Assembly (NCBI GenBank): GCA_028534125.1
Contig: CM052817.1
Location: forward strand, 72,790,001-72,854,000
Origin: Lama glama
Taxonomy: Eukaryota
Direction of reading: 5' to 3'
DNA: 64,000 nucleotides
Part shown: positions 52,086-64,000 of the stretch, one piece after another
Layout: every line of letters begins with the position of its first letter
Position numbering within the stretch: the stretch's first letter is position 1
The notes under the pieces: generated by a model
Told to the model about the DNA's origin: nothing
Database searches by the model: none
What the model saw: only the letters and a program-made list of their open reading frames with translations
Made by a program: the position numbers and the translations under genes

Positions 52086-53349
52086 TGAATATTAGGTTTC
52101 ACATAGAAATGTGAAAAACGTCTTTAAGCTTATTTGTACATGAAATACTATATATTTGCCAGATAAGCTGGACCCTCATATTATTCATAAATCAATTATG
52201 TTTATCCTTAGCCAAGAAAGTACTAAAATGTTCTTTCCTCATTTTGAAATCCAATCGGATATTCACAGTAATTATGCTGCCTTTCATATGAATCATCGTC
52301 TCCTACTGTAATCGTTAGTACTATGGCTGATTCATTTTCTGCCTTGTAGTATTTGAAATGATCATTTCACTTGTGGTAGGATTTGGGGAGTTATTGAAGT
52401 AAATCCTTTTATACACTAGACTTCCCTTTTTTTATCTCATCTTCAGTCTCTTTGTTCAGATTTTACACCAAAGTTTTCCAAAAGCTGTAGCAAGTAGGAG
52501 AACAGAACTGTTAAATCCTACTGAAGCCAGCAAAGCCATACAAATGGATGGTGAAGCCTGTCTCTCCACCACTTCTCATTGATCTTGCCTTTCCTACCAG
52601 AGTCAAACCACACTCATCCTCTTATTTGCCCCTCTCATCCCTCTGAACTACAGTCATGTTAATATTATGTGCTGAAACACTTTTGAAATATCAAAGTCTT
52701 TATCTCTGGCCATTATACAAATACACACAAGTAAGTATGAGTTATTTTCTAGGTATCATATACATCACCATTTTGGAAAAGCACCATTTAAAGACAGATG
52801 TCTGCTGCCCTGGAACCTCCAATATCACATTATTCCATGCATATTAGGAAGGTGTCATGGGATCATCTGTAGTTCAGACCCTCTGGAATGTAAGGCATAG
52901 TCTTGGGATTATGCCCTGCTGCCCTTTCCACATTAAATGCTCCACTGTCAGAATGAGTGGAAACAGGTGCACCCAGCACACAGCCATCTGACTTGGACTC
53001 CCAACCCCTAGGTGGAATGTAAGGAGATGCAAAAGCAAGAACCTTTGTGGATACTGTCATTGCTATAAGCAAACATAATAATAAAAGAGGGGACTTGGTG
53101 TCGAAGATATTAATGAGGATCACTCCAGTGAGAAATTCCTTTCCATGCCCACAGTCACAAAAAGATTCTATTTCAACATACATGATAGCTTTACTTTAGG
53201 AGAGGTTGTTTATATTATACTCCACTTAAGGGTTGTTTCTTGCCTAGAAAACTGACTAAAGCTTACGATCTATTTGTATTTGAAGTATTGAGCTTTTCAT
53301 TTTAAAACATTAGGTACGAAATTCCATCTTTATAATGAGAATGGCCCCT

Positions 53350-53552
53350 CACTGAATGTTTACAATGTGTAGGATACTGTGCTAAAAGCTTTATAGTCAT
53401 CATCCTATTTGAACCTTAAAACAACGCTTTGAGGTACTATCAACACTTCTTTACAGCTGAGGAGTAAAACATCATATATCTATTAAAGAGAAGATCCACA
53501 TCAAAAGCCAGGCTTTTGGCATTCCAAAACTCGGGTTTTTAACTACATGCTA
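53350..53552 (-). mobile_element. MIR SINE
   Basis: ACTGAATGTTTACAATGTG...ACTGTGCTAA...TGAGGTAC...TTTACAGCTGAGGA. Confidence 0.75.
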
Positions 53553-53772
53553 TGTTTTTAATCTTATGCTATATTTCTTTTGCACTCATACATGGATTGG
53601 CCAAGAGCTATGCCCAGTTTTTCCCCAGGCCAGTTAAGTCTTGCTAAAACTAGTTAGTTTTTAGAAACTTCCTTTTTTCTTTCCATTTTAAATGCTCACA
53701 GGTTGTTTTGGGTTTTTTTAATGGAGTTAGAGTGAGAACAGAACAATGACATTATCCAAAAGCAAAATTTGC

Positions 53773-53797
53773 TTTAAGTGGTTTTCAACCACTTAAA
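53773..53797. repeat. Perfect 11-bp inverted repeat, 3-nt loop
   Basis: TTTAAGTGGTT-TTC-AACCACTTAAA. Confidence 0.95.
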
Positions 53798-54003
53798 TTT
53801 TCTTTACCAACACATTTATTCTATCACCACATGAAAAGATCTAATATTAGCTGGATTTTTATTTTGGCTGAAGATAATTCTGCATTTTGTAAAATTTTAA
53901 AAGATGCAGAATGATACACCTCTGCGCAACAGAGCAGTAGGTCTTAAAATGGGTGATTCCGCTGCTAACCCCTCCCCCACCCTTGGCTTCTTATACGGAG
54001 CTG

Positions 54004-54022
54004 CCATGACATCTAGTGGCCA
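54004..54022 (-). promoter_or_regulatory. Candidate CTCF site
   Basis: Minus strand TGGCCACTAGATGTCATGG is close to the CTCF consensus TGGCCACCAGGGGGCGC; unique, locally CpG-retaining DNA. Confidence 0.6.
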
Positions 54023-54659
54023 AAGATTAGGGGAGCTGTTCTTTATCCATATAGCGTGTAGGAGTTCTAATTTAAAAGTATATTTACAATCTTACATAGC
54101 TAATGAAACTTTAAAGTAATTCAGTGCTTCACAGTTTATAACTCACTTTTGCATCAATTATTGGTTTATGAACTTGAATGTAATGACTTTCTTATATTAG
54201 TTAGATTTTTTAAATATTTATTATAATTATTATACCAAAACCATGGTTTATTCTGAGTACAGAAATGAATCATAGAATTTGATTCTTTGTGTTCAGCTTC
54301 TACAAAAGTAACACTTCTTTAGACTAAATATCAATGGTCAAATCAAACTTACATGTTAAATAAGAACCTAAGTAAACAAGTAATAAATTTGTATTTTCAA
54401 AAAAAATTACAATAAAAAATTAATATACAAGTAAATTTTCTAGGTCTTTTACTTAGTTAATTTAAGAATGATTTTTGCTAAATTTCAAAAAAATTGAACA
54501 TTATTTGAGTAATATATAGAAGATGAAAAAAAATTTTTAATAGACAAATTTCAGCCTATTTTTTTAATTTCAAAGGTCTATTCTCTAGTAGGTACATTTT
54601 CTAATTCATGGAAGCCACCATACAAATAACCAGAAGATTTTTTAAATATGTTTTTCTAA

Positions 54660-55030
54660 TGTAACTGCTCAGCCTAAGAAACTCCAAAAGCAGGATCTTA
54701 GAGAAGTCTGATGCATGAGTGGTTTATTAAAGACTACTGCTGAAGGAGCAAGAGTGAGAGACAAGAAGGGCCAGGAAGGACAAGAGAGGATGCAAAAGGA
54801 GAAATAGCCAATACAAAGGTACAATATGGAGTAGGCCACTGCCGGGCTAGATTTGTGGGACTTTCTAAAAAGACTGATTGAGTATACTGTATCTCCAGTC
54901 ATCTGCTGGAAGGATGAAAGGGTGCAACATTTACCTGTCAATTCACAACTCCCATTGGTCAAGGTTTGCCCCATGGCTCACAAACTCTTCCACACTTTCA
55001 GGTTGCTTATGTGCGTTCAAGCATCCCAAG
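54660..55030 (-). mobile_element. ERVL LTR (LTR16-like), diverged
   Basis: CCAAAAGCAGGATCTTAGAG...GAGTGGTTTATT...CTCCAGTCATCTGCTG. Confidence 0.45.
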
Positions 55031-56070
55031 GTGCAGGTATCAGAGAAGCCACATATGGGCTGAGGCAAGGCACTCTGGATACACATATACAAAGCAGGTC
55101 AACATCTGTGCAAACTTGTTCCCTGCAACCATAACTGGAATGAAAGATAAGGCCAAGTGGATCTGCAGTGGTACACAAGAGATGGCTAATACGTGTGTAA
55201 ATAATATCTGTATTATGTTCATGATAAATAGGTCATTCAAGTTCATTGTTATGGATACTTTTATATTTTATGGACATTATTAAATATGTTGATTAATTGA
55301 TGAAATCATCACTCTGGCCAGTGCACAGTAGGAGTCAAAATTACAAAGGGATCTCAAATCAGCAGTAAAAGCCATTCATCCTCATTGGCAACTCTTTCAG
55401 CAGTTTTAGTCCAAACAATGCTCACAGTAGAAATTGTTATGTGGAAATATTTTAATCTTGTAAAAAGCCAACATTAAAATCAATTATCTCGATGTGAAAT
55501 CCTGATATGGTGGGAATAACTGGCTCCTGGGAAGAAACTCTGTTAAACTTTCAAAGGAATCCCAAGAGCAGATGTTTTTCAGAAAGAAGAGAAATGTAAA
55601 AGAAAATGAGAGTGAGAAATAGAAGAAAATTAAAACCCTACCTTAGATCATGAAAAATAATTCCTAAAAGATAAATATAGACTTTGCCTGCCAAAGGAAA
55701 ATTGGAAGTTCTATTATTTTGTATGTCTCTGTAGTGCTCACATTGATCACTTTATCATCCTCAAAGGGTAAAGCTTTTGTTAGATCTTTCCTCATTGTTG
55801 CTATCAAACTCAATTCAAGATAGGTCAAAGACTTAAATGTAAAAAATAAAATCATTAAATTCCTTGCAGAAAACAGAGATGAATGTTTCTATAATCTTTA
55901 CAACAAGGCAGGCTTTTTCAGCCAGAAATTTTAAAAGATGAGTAAATTTTATTACTTAAATGGTAAAACCATATATGGTACAAAGACATGCTGAACAAAA
56001 AACCAAAATACTTGTAGCATATATGACAGACAAGTAGTTAATATCTGCAATATTAAAAGAGCTCTATCAA

Positions 56071-56533
56071 CAATCAGCAGACTGACAATAAGCTCTCATT
56101 TCAGAAACTATCAGAATGAAAATAAATAAATATTTTGATTTCTTAATAAAGAATTTGATAACTGATGTTCTTACTCTACTCACATAACAAAAACAACAGC
56201 AACATAAATTGAAGCAGTCGCCATTATAGTTTATTACTTTTATTTAAAAAGAGAGAGAGAGAGAGAAAGGAGATCACCATAAACATTTCAGAACTTAACA
56301 TCTCCAGTGTCATTCATTATAGCCTAATTTATATGGCTATACTCACAATAAAGTATAGAGAGCCCTACATTCTGGTAAGTAAGATGCCGAGAGTCTCCTG
56401 ACAACATAATTTGTATTCCTATACATTACTCCAAGGTGAATATATTCTCTTTTTAGGTTTGTTGGGGGTAATATACAACTTCAGCATACAAAGTAAAATC
56501 TCAAAAAGCATTTAAAAAATAAACTAAAAATAG
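56071..56533 (+). other. TSD-flanked retroposed insertion not matching any repeat I recognise (retrocopy or orphan transduction)
   Basis: Exact 14-bp AAGAGCTCTATCAA at 56057-56070 and 56534-56547; TT/AAAA site; A-rich tail; host L1 resumes in register. Confidence 0.75.
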
Positions 56534-56647
56534 AAGAGCTCTATCAAATCAGTAAATAATAGATAAACATCACAGAATATAGCAAAGAACTTGAATTTAC
56601 AATTAAAGAATGAAAAAATTAAGTAGTAATTAACATGAAAATACACC

Positions 56648-56895
56648 AATAGCTAACACTTATTAGAGACAGTTTACCAGGAAATATTGTAAAAGCCTTA
56701 TGTGTGTTAATTCATTTAATCCTCACAACAATCCTACAAGGCTGGTATTGTTATTATCAGCATTTCGCAGATGAGTAACCTGAGACACTGAGAGGTTAAA
56801 TAATTGGCATAAGGTCAGAAAGCTGTTAAGTGATAAAGCTAGGATTTGAACTCACACAGTCAGACTCCTGAGCCTAGGATCCTAACCAACTACAC
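56648..56895 (-). mobile_element. MIR SINE nested in old L1
   Basis: TCATTTAATCCTCACAACAATCCT...CAGATGAGTAACCTGAGACACTGAGAGGTTAAATAA...GGATTTGAACTCA. Confidence 0.9.
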
Positions 56896-58929
56896 ACTCT
56901 CAAATGCAAACATCAACAGCGATTAACTGCTTTCCACCTGGTCAATTGGTAATGATCTTAAAGATTATCAGTGCTCTGGGGGCACTCATAATTGTTGATG
57001 GGAGTGTAAAATGATACAATCTTTCTGAAAGACAACCTAGCAATATGCAAATATGAAATGTTTTCTCTGTGTCCCAGACATCCCTCCTCTAATAGCAAAT
57101 CCCAAGGAGGATAAAGAATCATAAAGATATATAAACAAAAATGCTCTTCAAAGCATTGTCAGTAATGAGAGGAAGAAGGAAATGGAAACAACTACAAAGT
57201 TCATCAGTGGAACAGTGATTAAATACTTGAAGTGTGGCTATACAATGAATGAGCACACAGCCTTAAAAACGGGCCATCTATTCATTGACATAGAGAGGTC
57301 TGAAGATCACAGAGTATAAATTCTAATTACAAAGCAGTATTATACAGATAATGCTTTTCAACTTTTTGCTATCATAGATCATGAGAGCTTTTACAGAGTC
57401 CACAATTAAAAGTGGCTCATTGAGTCACTGATTCTCAATTGGATAGGTGAGGGGAGCATAGTCCCCAGTTATGAACCACTGATACATAGTATGAGAATAT
57501 ACAAAGATAAAGATATATATATATATATTTATACCATAGGTATATATACAAAACCATATATATCATATACACATATATACGTATGTAACTCTATATGCAT
57601 ACGTTTGCTAAAAAAAATCTGAATAGATCTTTACAAAAACATGAACTATGAATAAAAGCCTGAATAATAGTACTGAGAGCTATTTATATTTCCCTCTTTA
57701 TATTTCCTATTTTGTTTGAATTTTCTATATAATTGTATACTATCTATCAAATCAAAAAAATAAAATAATGCTATTTTCATATGGAAAAAGAATTAATGCC
57801 TTTGTTATGTTCTTCTTAAGCTGAGGAAGACACCACCATTTTTCTCTGTTTCCCCACAGGTCATCCAAGCTTGTAAATACCTTATGACCAGATTTCTCTT
57901 ATTTCATCTGCTGGATTACTGCCATACTGTGGTCTTCAAACAAGGACCAATATATATAAAATGAATGTTTCCTTTATAGGTGATACCCTTAAATATTAAA
58001 CTTAATGATGAAAACACAGAAGGAAGAAATGCTGACATGCTTCATGACTTTCAAAGAGTCAACTTCCTCCTCCCACAAGAGGTAACCCCTCACATTCCTT
58101 AAGGCTTTAGCAGATCCCTGTTCCCTGGAGGAGAAGCAGAGAGTACCAAACTTAAGGAGTCAATGCCTCCCTTGTACATTAAGAAGTCAATAACTCACTT
58201 CTACCAGGATTACATCATTGATTCCAACATGATCTTAACAGAAGTGTTTAATGCCAGCTCCCTCCCTGCTAAACCTCTTAGTGTAGTATGTTCTTAGGAC
58301 ATATCCTCCCAAGAGAGCAGCAGGGTAGTTTCAAGCTAAGAAAGCTAAATCAACTCATCTTGGTCAGTAGCTCAGCTACATGGCTACTGAAAAATAGCCT
58401 ATGTTGAAAAATGGGAAATCCTGTACCCTGAAACATCCGCCAATTTCTACTGGACCTAATAAAAACTATAAAGCTCCTGATGTGGGATTAGGAGTCAGAA
58501 ATCATATACCATATAAAACAAACTATGCTACAGTAAACTCAGTGAAAATCCAGAGCAGATTGTACTTTTTTCTGTGGAAATATGCATTATACACACATGA
58601 ATGTACATATGGGTAAAATTAAACTGGCAAATAAATATGAAAGTAAAATACTCCTAAAATTAAGGACAAGCTCTTTTCCAGGAAACTATACATAATTCAA
58701 CAGGGTTTAGCAAGGATAGAAACGTTAATTATATTAGAAAGTCATTTATCCTTATTTAGATAAAAATTCAACTGCAATACAATAACTATTAAACATGCTT
58801 GTATTCTGCACATAAAAATCATTTATTCTCTAAAACAAATGATCTAGAAATAACAGTGACTGAAGAGATCTCATTCTAAATCCAGGTCAGAATTTAGGCT
58901 GTGACTTCATGATGTTCAACTATTCTGGG

Positions 58930-59080
58930 TGACAGGAATTACTAACAGTGTATTATCGGTAAACAAACTGAGACCAATAAATGTTAACTGACTTGCTCAA
59001 AGTCAAACAGTAAGCAGAAGGGCTGGGATTAGTGCCTAGATCTTGATCTTAAGTCTGAATTTCTTTTTGTTGCATAATGC
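58930..59080 (-). mobile_element. MIR fragment
   Basis: AAACTGAGACC...GTTAACTGACTTGCTCAAAGTCA...GGGCTGGGATT. Confidence 0.65.
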
Positions 59081-60910
59081 TCCTAGACATTAAGAAGAGA
59101 AGTTTGTTATTCAGGATGGATGAGAAAGAGTCAGTTATTTGTTTAATTTTAAAATATATAAGAGCACAACATATAATTTCTTCAAGAGAGAAATAACATT
59201 TGTAGGTTAGAAATATTATCCATTACATAAGAAGTTGTAATGAATGCCTTTTGAGTGAGTTTAATTTTAAAGTAGTAAAAAGACACTATTTTGTGTTGAC
59301 TCGTCTACATAAATCCTGAGGATAGAACAGCAGCTCCCTGGCTCAGGCTCCATGTTGGAGCATGAGTTGATGGTGAGAAGTGACATGAGACTACCAGTCT
59401 TGCCCTAGGGAACTGGTTCCAAGTTAACTATAAGACAGAATGTATGAGTCAAATATAAGCATTCTTTGAGAGAGTAAGGAGCGTGGAGATGTCTATTAAA
59501 ATCATTGGAACAACGATGAGAATGAAGCCTTCTCAGCAAAAACAGAAAGAAGATGCTTGCAGAAGAAATGAAGACCACTCACGCTTGCAGTAGAGATATC
59601 ACTGCAATATCCACAGGCTTCAAGGTTATATCAAGGTCCTATAAATGGGAAACACAGAAGGACATCAGAACAAAAGCCAGAGCAAAAAAATTGGCTCAGG
59701 CAGTGTAGAGGAGCAACCACAGTGGCTACTGAGAAGAGTTTGTGAGCCATCCCAAGATCTACTTAGGAAAGAGAAAAACTTGAACAAATAGAGATTCTAA
59801 ATGGTTAAGTTTCTGGTACTCATAGCCAAAAAGCAGTTAGAGTAAAAGTTACGCTCGTGAAATACTGGTGTAATGTTCAGATCTAAAGTTATAGTATTCC
59901 ATGTTGACACATGTCTCTAGATCACATGGTCCATGAACCACATTTTTCCCACCTTTTTACTCCACTAGCACCTTTTCTGCCTGAAGGAAACTGGGCTGGA
60001 GACACATCTGTTTTTCAGCTCATTAGATGTGTCATAAGATCCAAGCCTAGAAAATCACACATAACTTCTCATACATCTTTGGTATAAGAATTTTTGACAA
60101 ATGGACACTCTTAGCTTTGAGAAAGACTGGGATATGTAGTCCTCATATCCCAGATAATGTTCTGTAGTCTTTAGTTTACCTTACAATTTACCTTATAATT
60201 CTGTTATTATGGAAGGAAGGGACACAATAGTCTTTATCTATCAACTAGTAGTCTTTTCATCTATATTTATATGCCCATGATTGTACTCTTCCCCACTAGA
60301 AATTTGGAAAGGAGTATAGTTCACATGTGTATGTTTGACTCCTACCACCTTTATGAATGTAGTATATAATCCAGAGTACAAGTTCAAGAAACCCGTAAGA
60401 TAGTATTTGGGTGAGGTGTCTGAACCAATGCCCAGAACAGCAAGAAGCAACTCTCACATAACAGAAGCTAAACTTGGACATAAAATACATCATTGCAGTG
60501 TATCTTAGAAGTTTCTTATCTTTAGTAATTAGCTATTACACATCTATGAACAATCTGTGGAAAACACCTATTAAAAGCATGATTATCTTGATAATTCAAG
60601 GTTTCTCCTATAAGAAAGGAGATCCAACTCAAACAATCCCTGATTACACAAAATACCTGGTTGAAAAAGTTCCAGTAATATGGCATATAGTTGCTTTACT
60701 AAGTTCAACCATCAGAGTGTTGATTTTTTTCTAAAGTCATTCAAATAAGTTATGTACACAGACTATCCTAGAGATAAGAATAGTGCATAGACCTTTTTAA
60801 ACAGGATCTTTCCAGAGTATTGTGTTAAAGGCCAACAAATTGGAATTTTAATATTTAATAGTTTCTAAATGTGGCTGAGTCTATAAAAATTCATACTGGC
60901 TTGGACATTT

Positions 60911-61875
60911 ATTTATTTTATTGACATATAGTTTATTTACATTATATTAGTTTCAGGTAAACAACATAGTGATTCAGTATTTTTATAGATTATACTCCAT
61001 TTTAAGTTATAAAATACTGGCTATGTTCCCTGTGTCATGAAATAATCCTTATAGCTTATTTATTTTATATATAGTAGTTTGTGCCTCTTAAATTTTCTAC
61101 CTTGGTCTTGCCCCTGCCCCCTTCCCTCTCCCCACTGGTAACCACTAGTCTGTTCTCTGTATCCATGAATCTGTTTGTTTTGTTATATTCATTCCTTTAT
61201 TTTACTTTTCAGATTCTACATATAAGTGTTAACATATAATACCTGTCTTTCTCTGACTTATTGCACTAAGCATAATTTTCTCTAGGTCCATCCACATTGT
61301 TGTAAATGGCAGAATTTCATTCTTTTTATGGATGAGTAATATTCCATTGTGTATATATATATGTGCATATATATGCAAAAACATATATATACACACACAT
61401 ACACACACACTGCATCTTTATCCATTCTTCTGTTGATGGACACTTAAGTTGCTTCCATATCTTAGCTATTATAAATAACACTGCTTTGAGCATTGGGGCA
61501 CGTGTATGTTTTTGAATTAGTGTTTTCATTTGCTTCAGATATACACCCAGAAATAGAACTGCTGGATCATATGGTAGTTTTGTTTTGTTTGTTTTGTTTT
61601 TTTTTTGAGAAATCTCCATATTGTTTTCCATAGTGGCTGCACCAGTTTGCATTTCCACAAACAGTGTATGAGGGTTCCTTTTTCTCCACATCCTTGCCAA
61701 AATTTATTTGTATACTTTTTGAAGACAGCCATTCTGACAGGTGTGAGATGATATCTTACTGTGGTTTTTACTTGCATTTCTCTGATGATTAGCAAAGTTA
61801 AGCATCTTTTCAGTGCCTGCTGGTCATCTGTATACATTCTTTGGAAAAATATCTATTCAGGTCTTCTGTTCATTT
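60911..61875 (-). mobile_element. L1 3' segment (ORF2 C-terminus, 3' UTR, decayed polyA); non-inverted arm of a twin-primed insertion
   Basis: ORFs 61535-61837 ([21 protein letters not shown]...CKLVQPLWK) and 61326-61700 (LPYDPA...IAKIWKQLKCPSTEEWIK) are frameshifted L1 ORF2p C-terminal sequence. Confidence 0.95.
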
Positions 61876-62459
61876 ACTAGAAGCTACAATAATCAAAATA
61901 CTATGATACTGTCACAAAAACAGACACATAGATCAATGAAACAGAATAGAAATCCCAGAAGTAAACCCATGCAGCTATGGTCAATTAATATAAAACAAAG
62001 GAGACAAGTATGCACAATGGAGAAAGACAGTCTTTTCATAAATGATGCTGGGAAAACTGGACAGCTATGTGTAAAAGAATAAAATTATAAAATTAGAACA
62101 TTTTCTCACATCATATACAAAAATAAACTCAAAGTGTGTTAAAGACCTAAATGTAAGACAGGAAACCATAAAACTCCTAGAAGAAAACATAGGCAGAACA
62201 CTCTTTTGACATTAATTGTAACAATATTTTTTTTGGATCTGTCTTCTAGAGCAAAGAAAGAAAAAAAAAATAAAATAAACAAGACCTAATTTAAACCTAA
62301 AAGCTTTTGCTCAGTAAAAGAAACCATGGACAAAACAAAAAGACAACAAGAGAAAATAATTGCAAATGATATGACAGATAAAGGGTTAATATTCAAAATA
62401 TATAAACTGCTTATTCAACTCAACATCAAAAAAACAAACAACCCAATTTAAAAAATGGC
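61876..62459 (+). mobile_element. Inverted 5' arm of the same L1 (ORF2 post-RT region)
   Basis: AAGCTACAATAATCAAAA...CAGACACATAGATCAATG...AAAGACCTAAATGTAAGAC...CTCCTAGAAGAAAACATAGGC...CAACCCAATTTAAAAAATGGC. Confidence 0.95.
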
Positions 62460-64000
62460 TTGACCATTTTAAATGCCTTGACATAATTTTCTTAAAATAC
62501 CATTAATTAAATCTACTGAAATAATTTTAAGTTGTTGCTTAATATTATAGAGTGTTTCTTTTTTCCAACCAGTTAATTTGGCATCATGTAGATGTAATTT
62601 TAAAACTGCCTCTACCATTTGTCTATTTTACAATCCTATTCTGTTTTAAACTACATTTTAATGAAAATTCTAATCAGTATAATTAAATAATTTTGAGATT
62701 ACGTTAGGAGAGAAACAGATTTGAACAAACAGGAATTCTGATCATTACAGTACAGGTTCTCACAGCCAAAGACAGGTTAGAGTGAAGGTTTCTCAGTCCA
62801 CGTTTTCTCAAGAAAAGCAAAAGTATGATAGTAAAAAAAATGCTCATCTCAACCTATGAACAACACATAAAATATACAAAAGGAAAAACTCTCCTTAGAA
62901 GTCAGTGAAGTATCTGAATATAATACTAAGAAGCTGCTCCAGCTAGCATTGAATGTAGGGTTTTTTTTTAATTTTTTGAGTTTTATATTTTTCAAAGGTG
63001 TTTCAACACACAAAATGGACCAGTCTGGCGAATTACATGTACCTCTATTTATCCACAGAAAAATATAATTGAGCCAGCAACAAAACAGACTCAAGAACCA
63101 TGGTGCCAGCAAATCCTTGATCTTAAATTTAAGGAGAGAAGAAACAGACTCAAAGACAGTTGTTAAGGGATTCTGGCAGAATCTCTTCAGAGAGAGAAGT
63201 TAATAGGTGTAATAAATGACCCAGGGCACTGGTAGGAACACATTATATAAATAAACTTAAGAAGAAGTTCTACAAAAAACTTGGACCCAAACAAATGTGA
63301 ACCTGTAAGTTACAAATGCAAACTCAGGATGGCATGGCCTATTAAAAGCTATTTGACCTGCCGTTCCTCTGTTCTTTTGTCAGTTATAGGAGTGTCCTCT
63401 TAAGCTGTCACTTTTACAGATGTAAGCAAAATAATTTTATAAAGGGATATTTTGTCTTATTAAACACTGCCCCCAGTACATAGTCCAGATTTCCCTCTTA
63501 GCATGAAGGAAAAGTGAATGAATATTGGAGCAGAAGGTTTACATTAGAGTTTTTATTTAAATTATCATTACCATGGGCTCTTAAATCACCTAATGATTCG
63601 TTTGCTTTGCAAACCTAAAACAGAACTTTTTAAGATAAACTTTAACTTGCTACAAATCATAAAATTATTTCCATATAAAGTCTGTTTATTAAATGTGTTA
63701 AACTGTTATATGGTCCCTTTAAATTTATGGAAAGGCAAAGAATTGCTTGGAGGAATACCTGCAAAAGCAATACGCATCATAAAAAAATCTTTTATACTAT
63801 AAAAATAGAGAGTACACCAGGAATATCCAAGGCTGGAAACTGAATTACTAAGTCTAACATGAGCCAAGATGATCTCATTTTATGTGGAGCCATCCTTAAA
63901 GGCAAAGATTACAGCCTTAAACTTTATCTATTAGACTTTCATTATTTTGGCTAATTCTAAGAGGAGGCATTTCAGACTTCTTCATCTCCTGATTACAAGG

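Larger units (their letters stand above)
55800..57780 (+). mobile_element. Old L1 (L1M-type) ORF2 3' end and 3' UTR, fragmented by nested insertions
   Basis: AAAGACTTAAATGTAAAAAATAAAATCATTAAA...GCAGAAAACA...ATGACAGACAA...GTTGATGGGAGTGTAAAATGATACAATCTTTCTGAAAGACAA. Confidence 0.75.

Noticed and set aside
57838..57965. Strong plus-strand acceptor (TTTCTCTGTTTCCCCACAG|G)
   Set aside because: Frames close quickly, no good donor, peptide not recognised.
61326..62082. ORFs with real protein similarity
   Set aside because: They lie in the L1; the two minus-strand ORFs are frameshifted ORF2p remnants, not a host gene.
222..63802. The ORF track (60-125 aa) as protein-coding genes
   Set aside because: Short and compositionally random, often with non-ATG starts or inside repeats; no recognisable non-TE domains or exon chain.

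Overview
This is AT-rich, CpG-depleted eutherian mammal DNA, not prokaryotic. It is most likely camelid, an inference from the cetartiodactyl-type L1 3' ends and the absence of any Alu, B1/B2, Bov-tA/BovB, PRE1 or CHR-2 SINEs that I could recognise. I can support no protein-coding gene, RNA gene or CRISPR array. All ORFs in the track are short and are either random or L1/L2/LTR remnants. The window reads as a large intron or intergenic region filled with old repeats (L2, MIR, MaLR/ERVL LTRs, hAT MERs/Charlie1, HAL1, old L1), a few younger L1 3' ends and microsatellites. Repeat family names come from recalled consensus sequences and their boundaries are approximate. The best-supported points of interest are: (1) a ~460-bp insertion that I cannot match to any repeat, with TSDs and an A-rich tail, inside an old L1; (2) a twin-primed 5'-inverted L1 with TSDs; (3) a mosaic, locally templated ~60-bp copy; (4) an older ~130-bp non-tandem duplication; (5) two identical co-oriented CTCF-like cores and several CpG- or motif-rich candidate enhancers. 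I found no evidence of a new multi-gene system.
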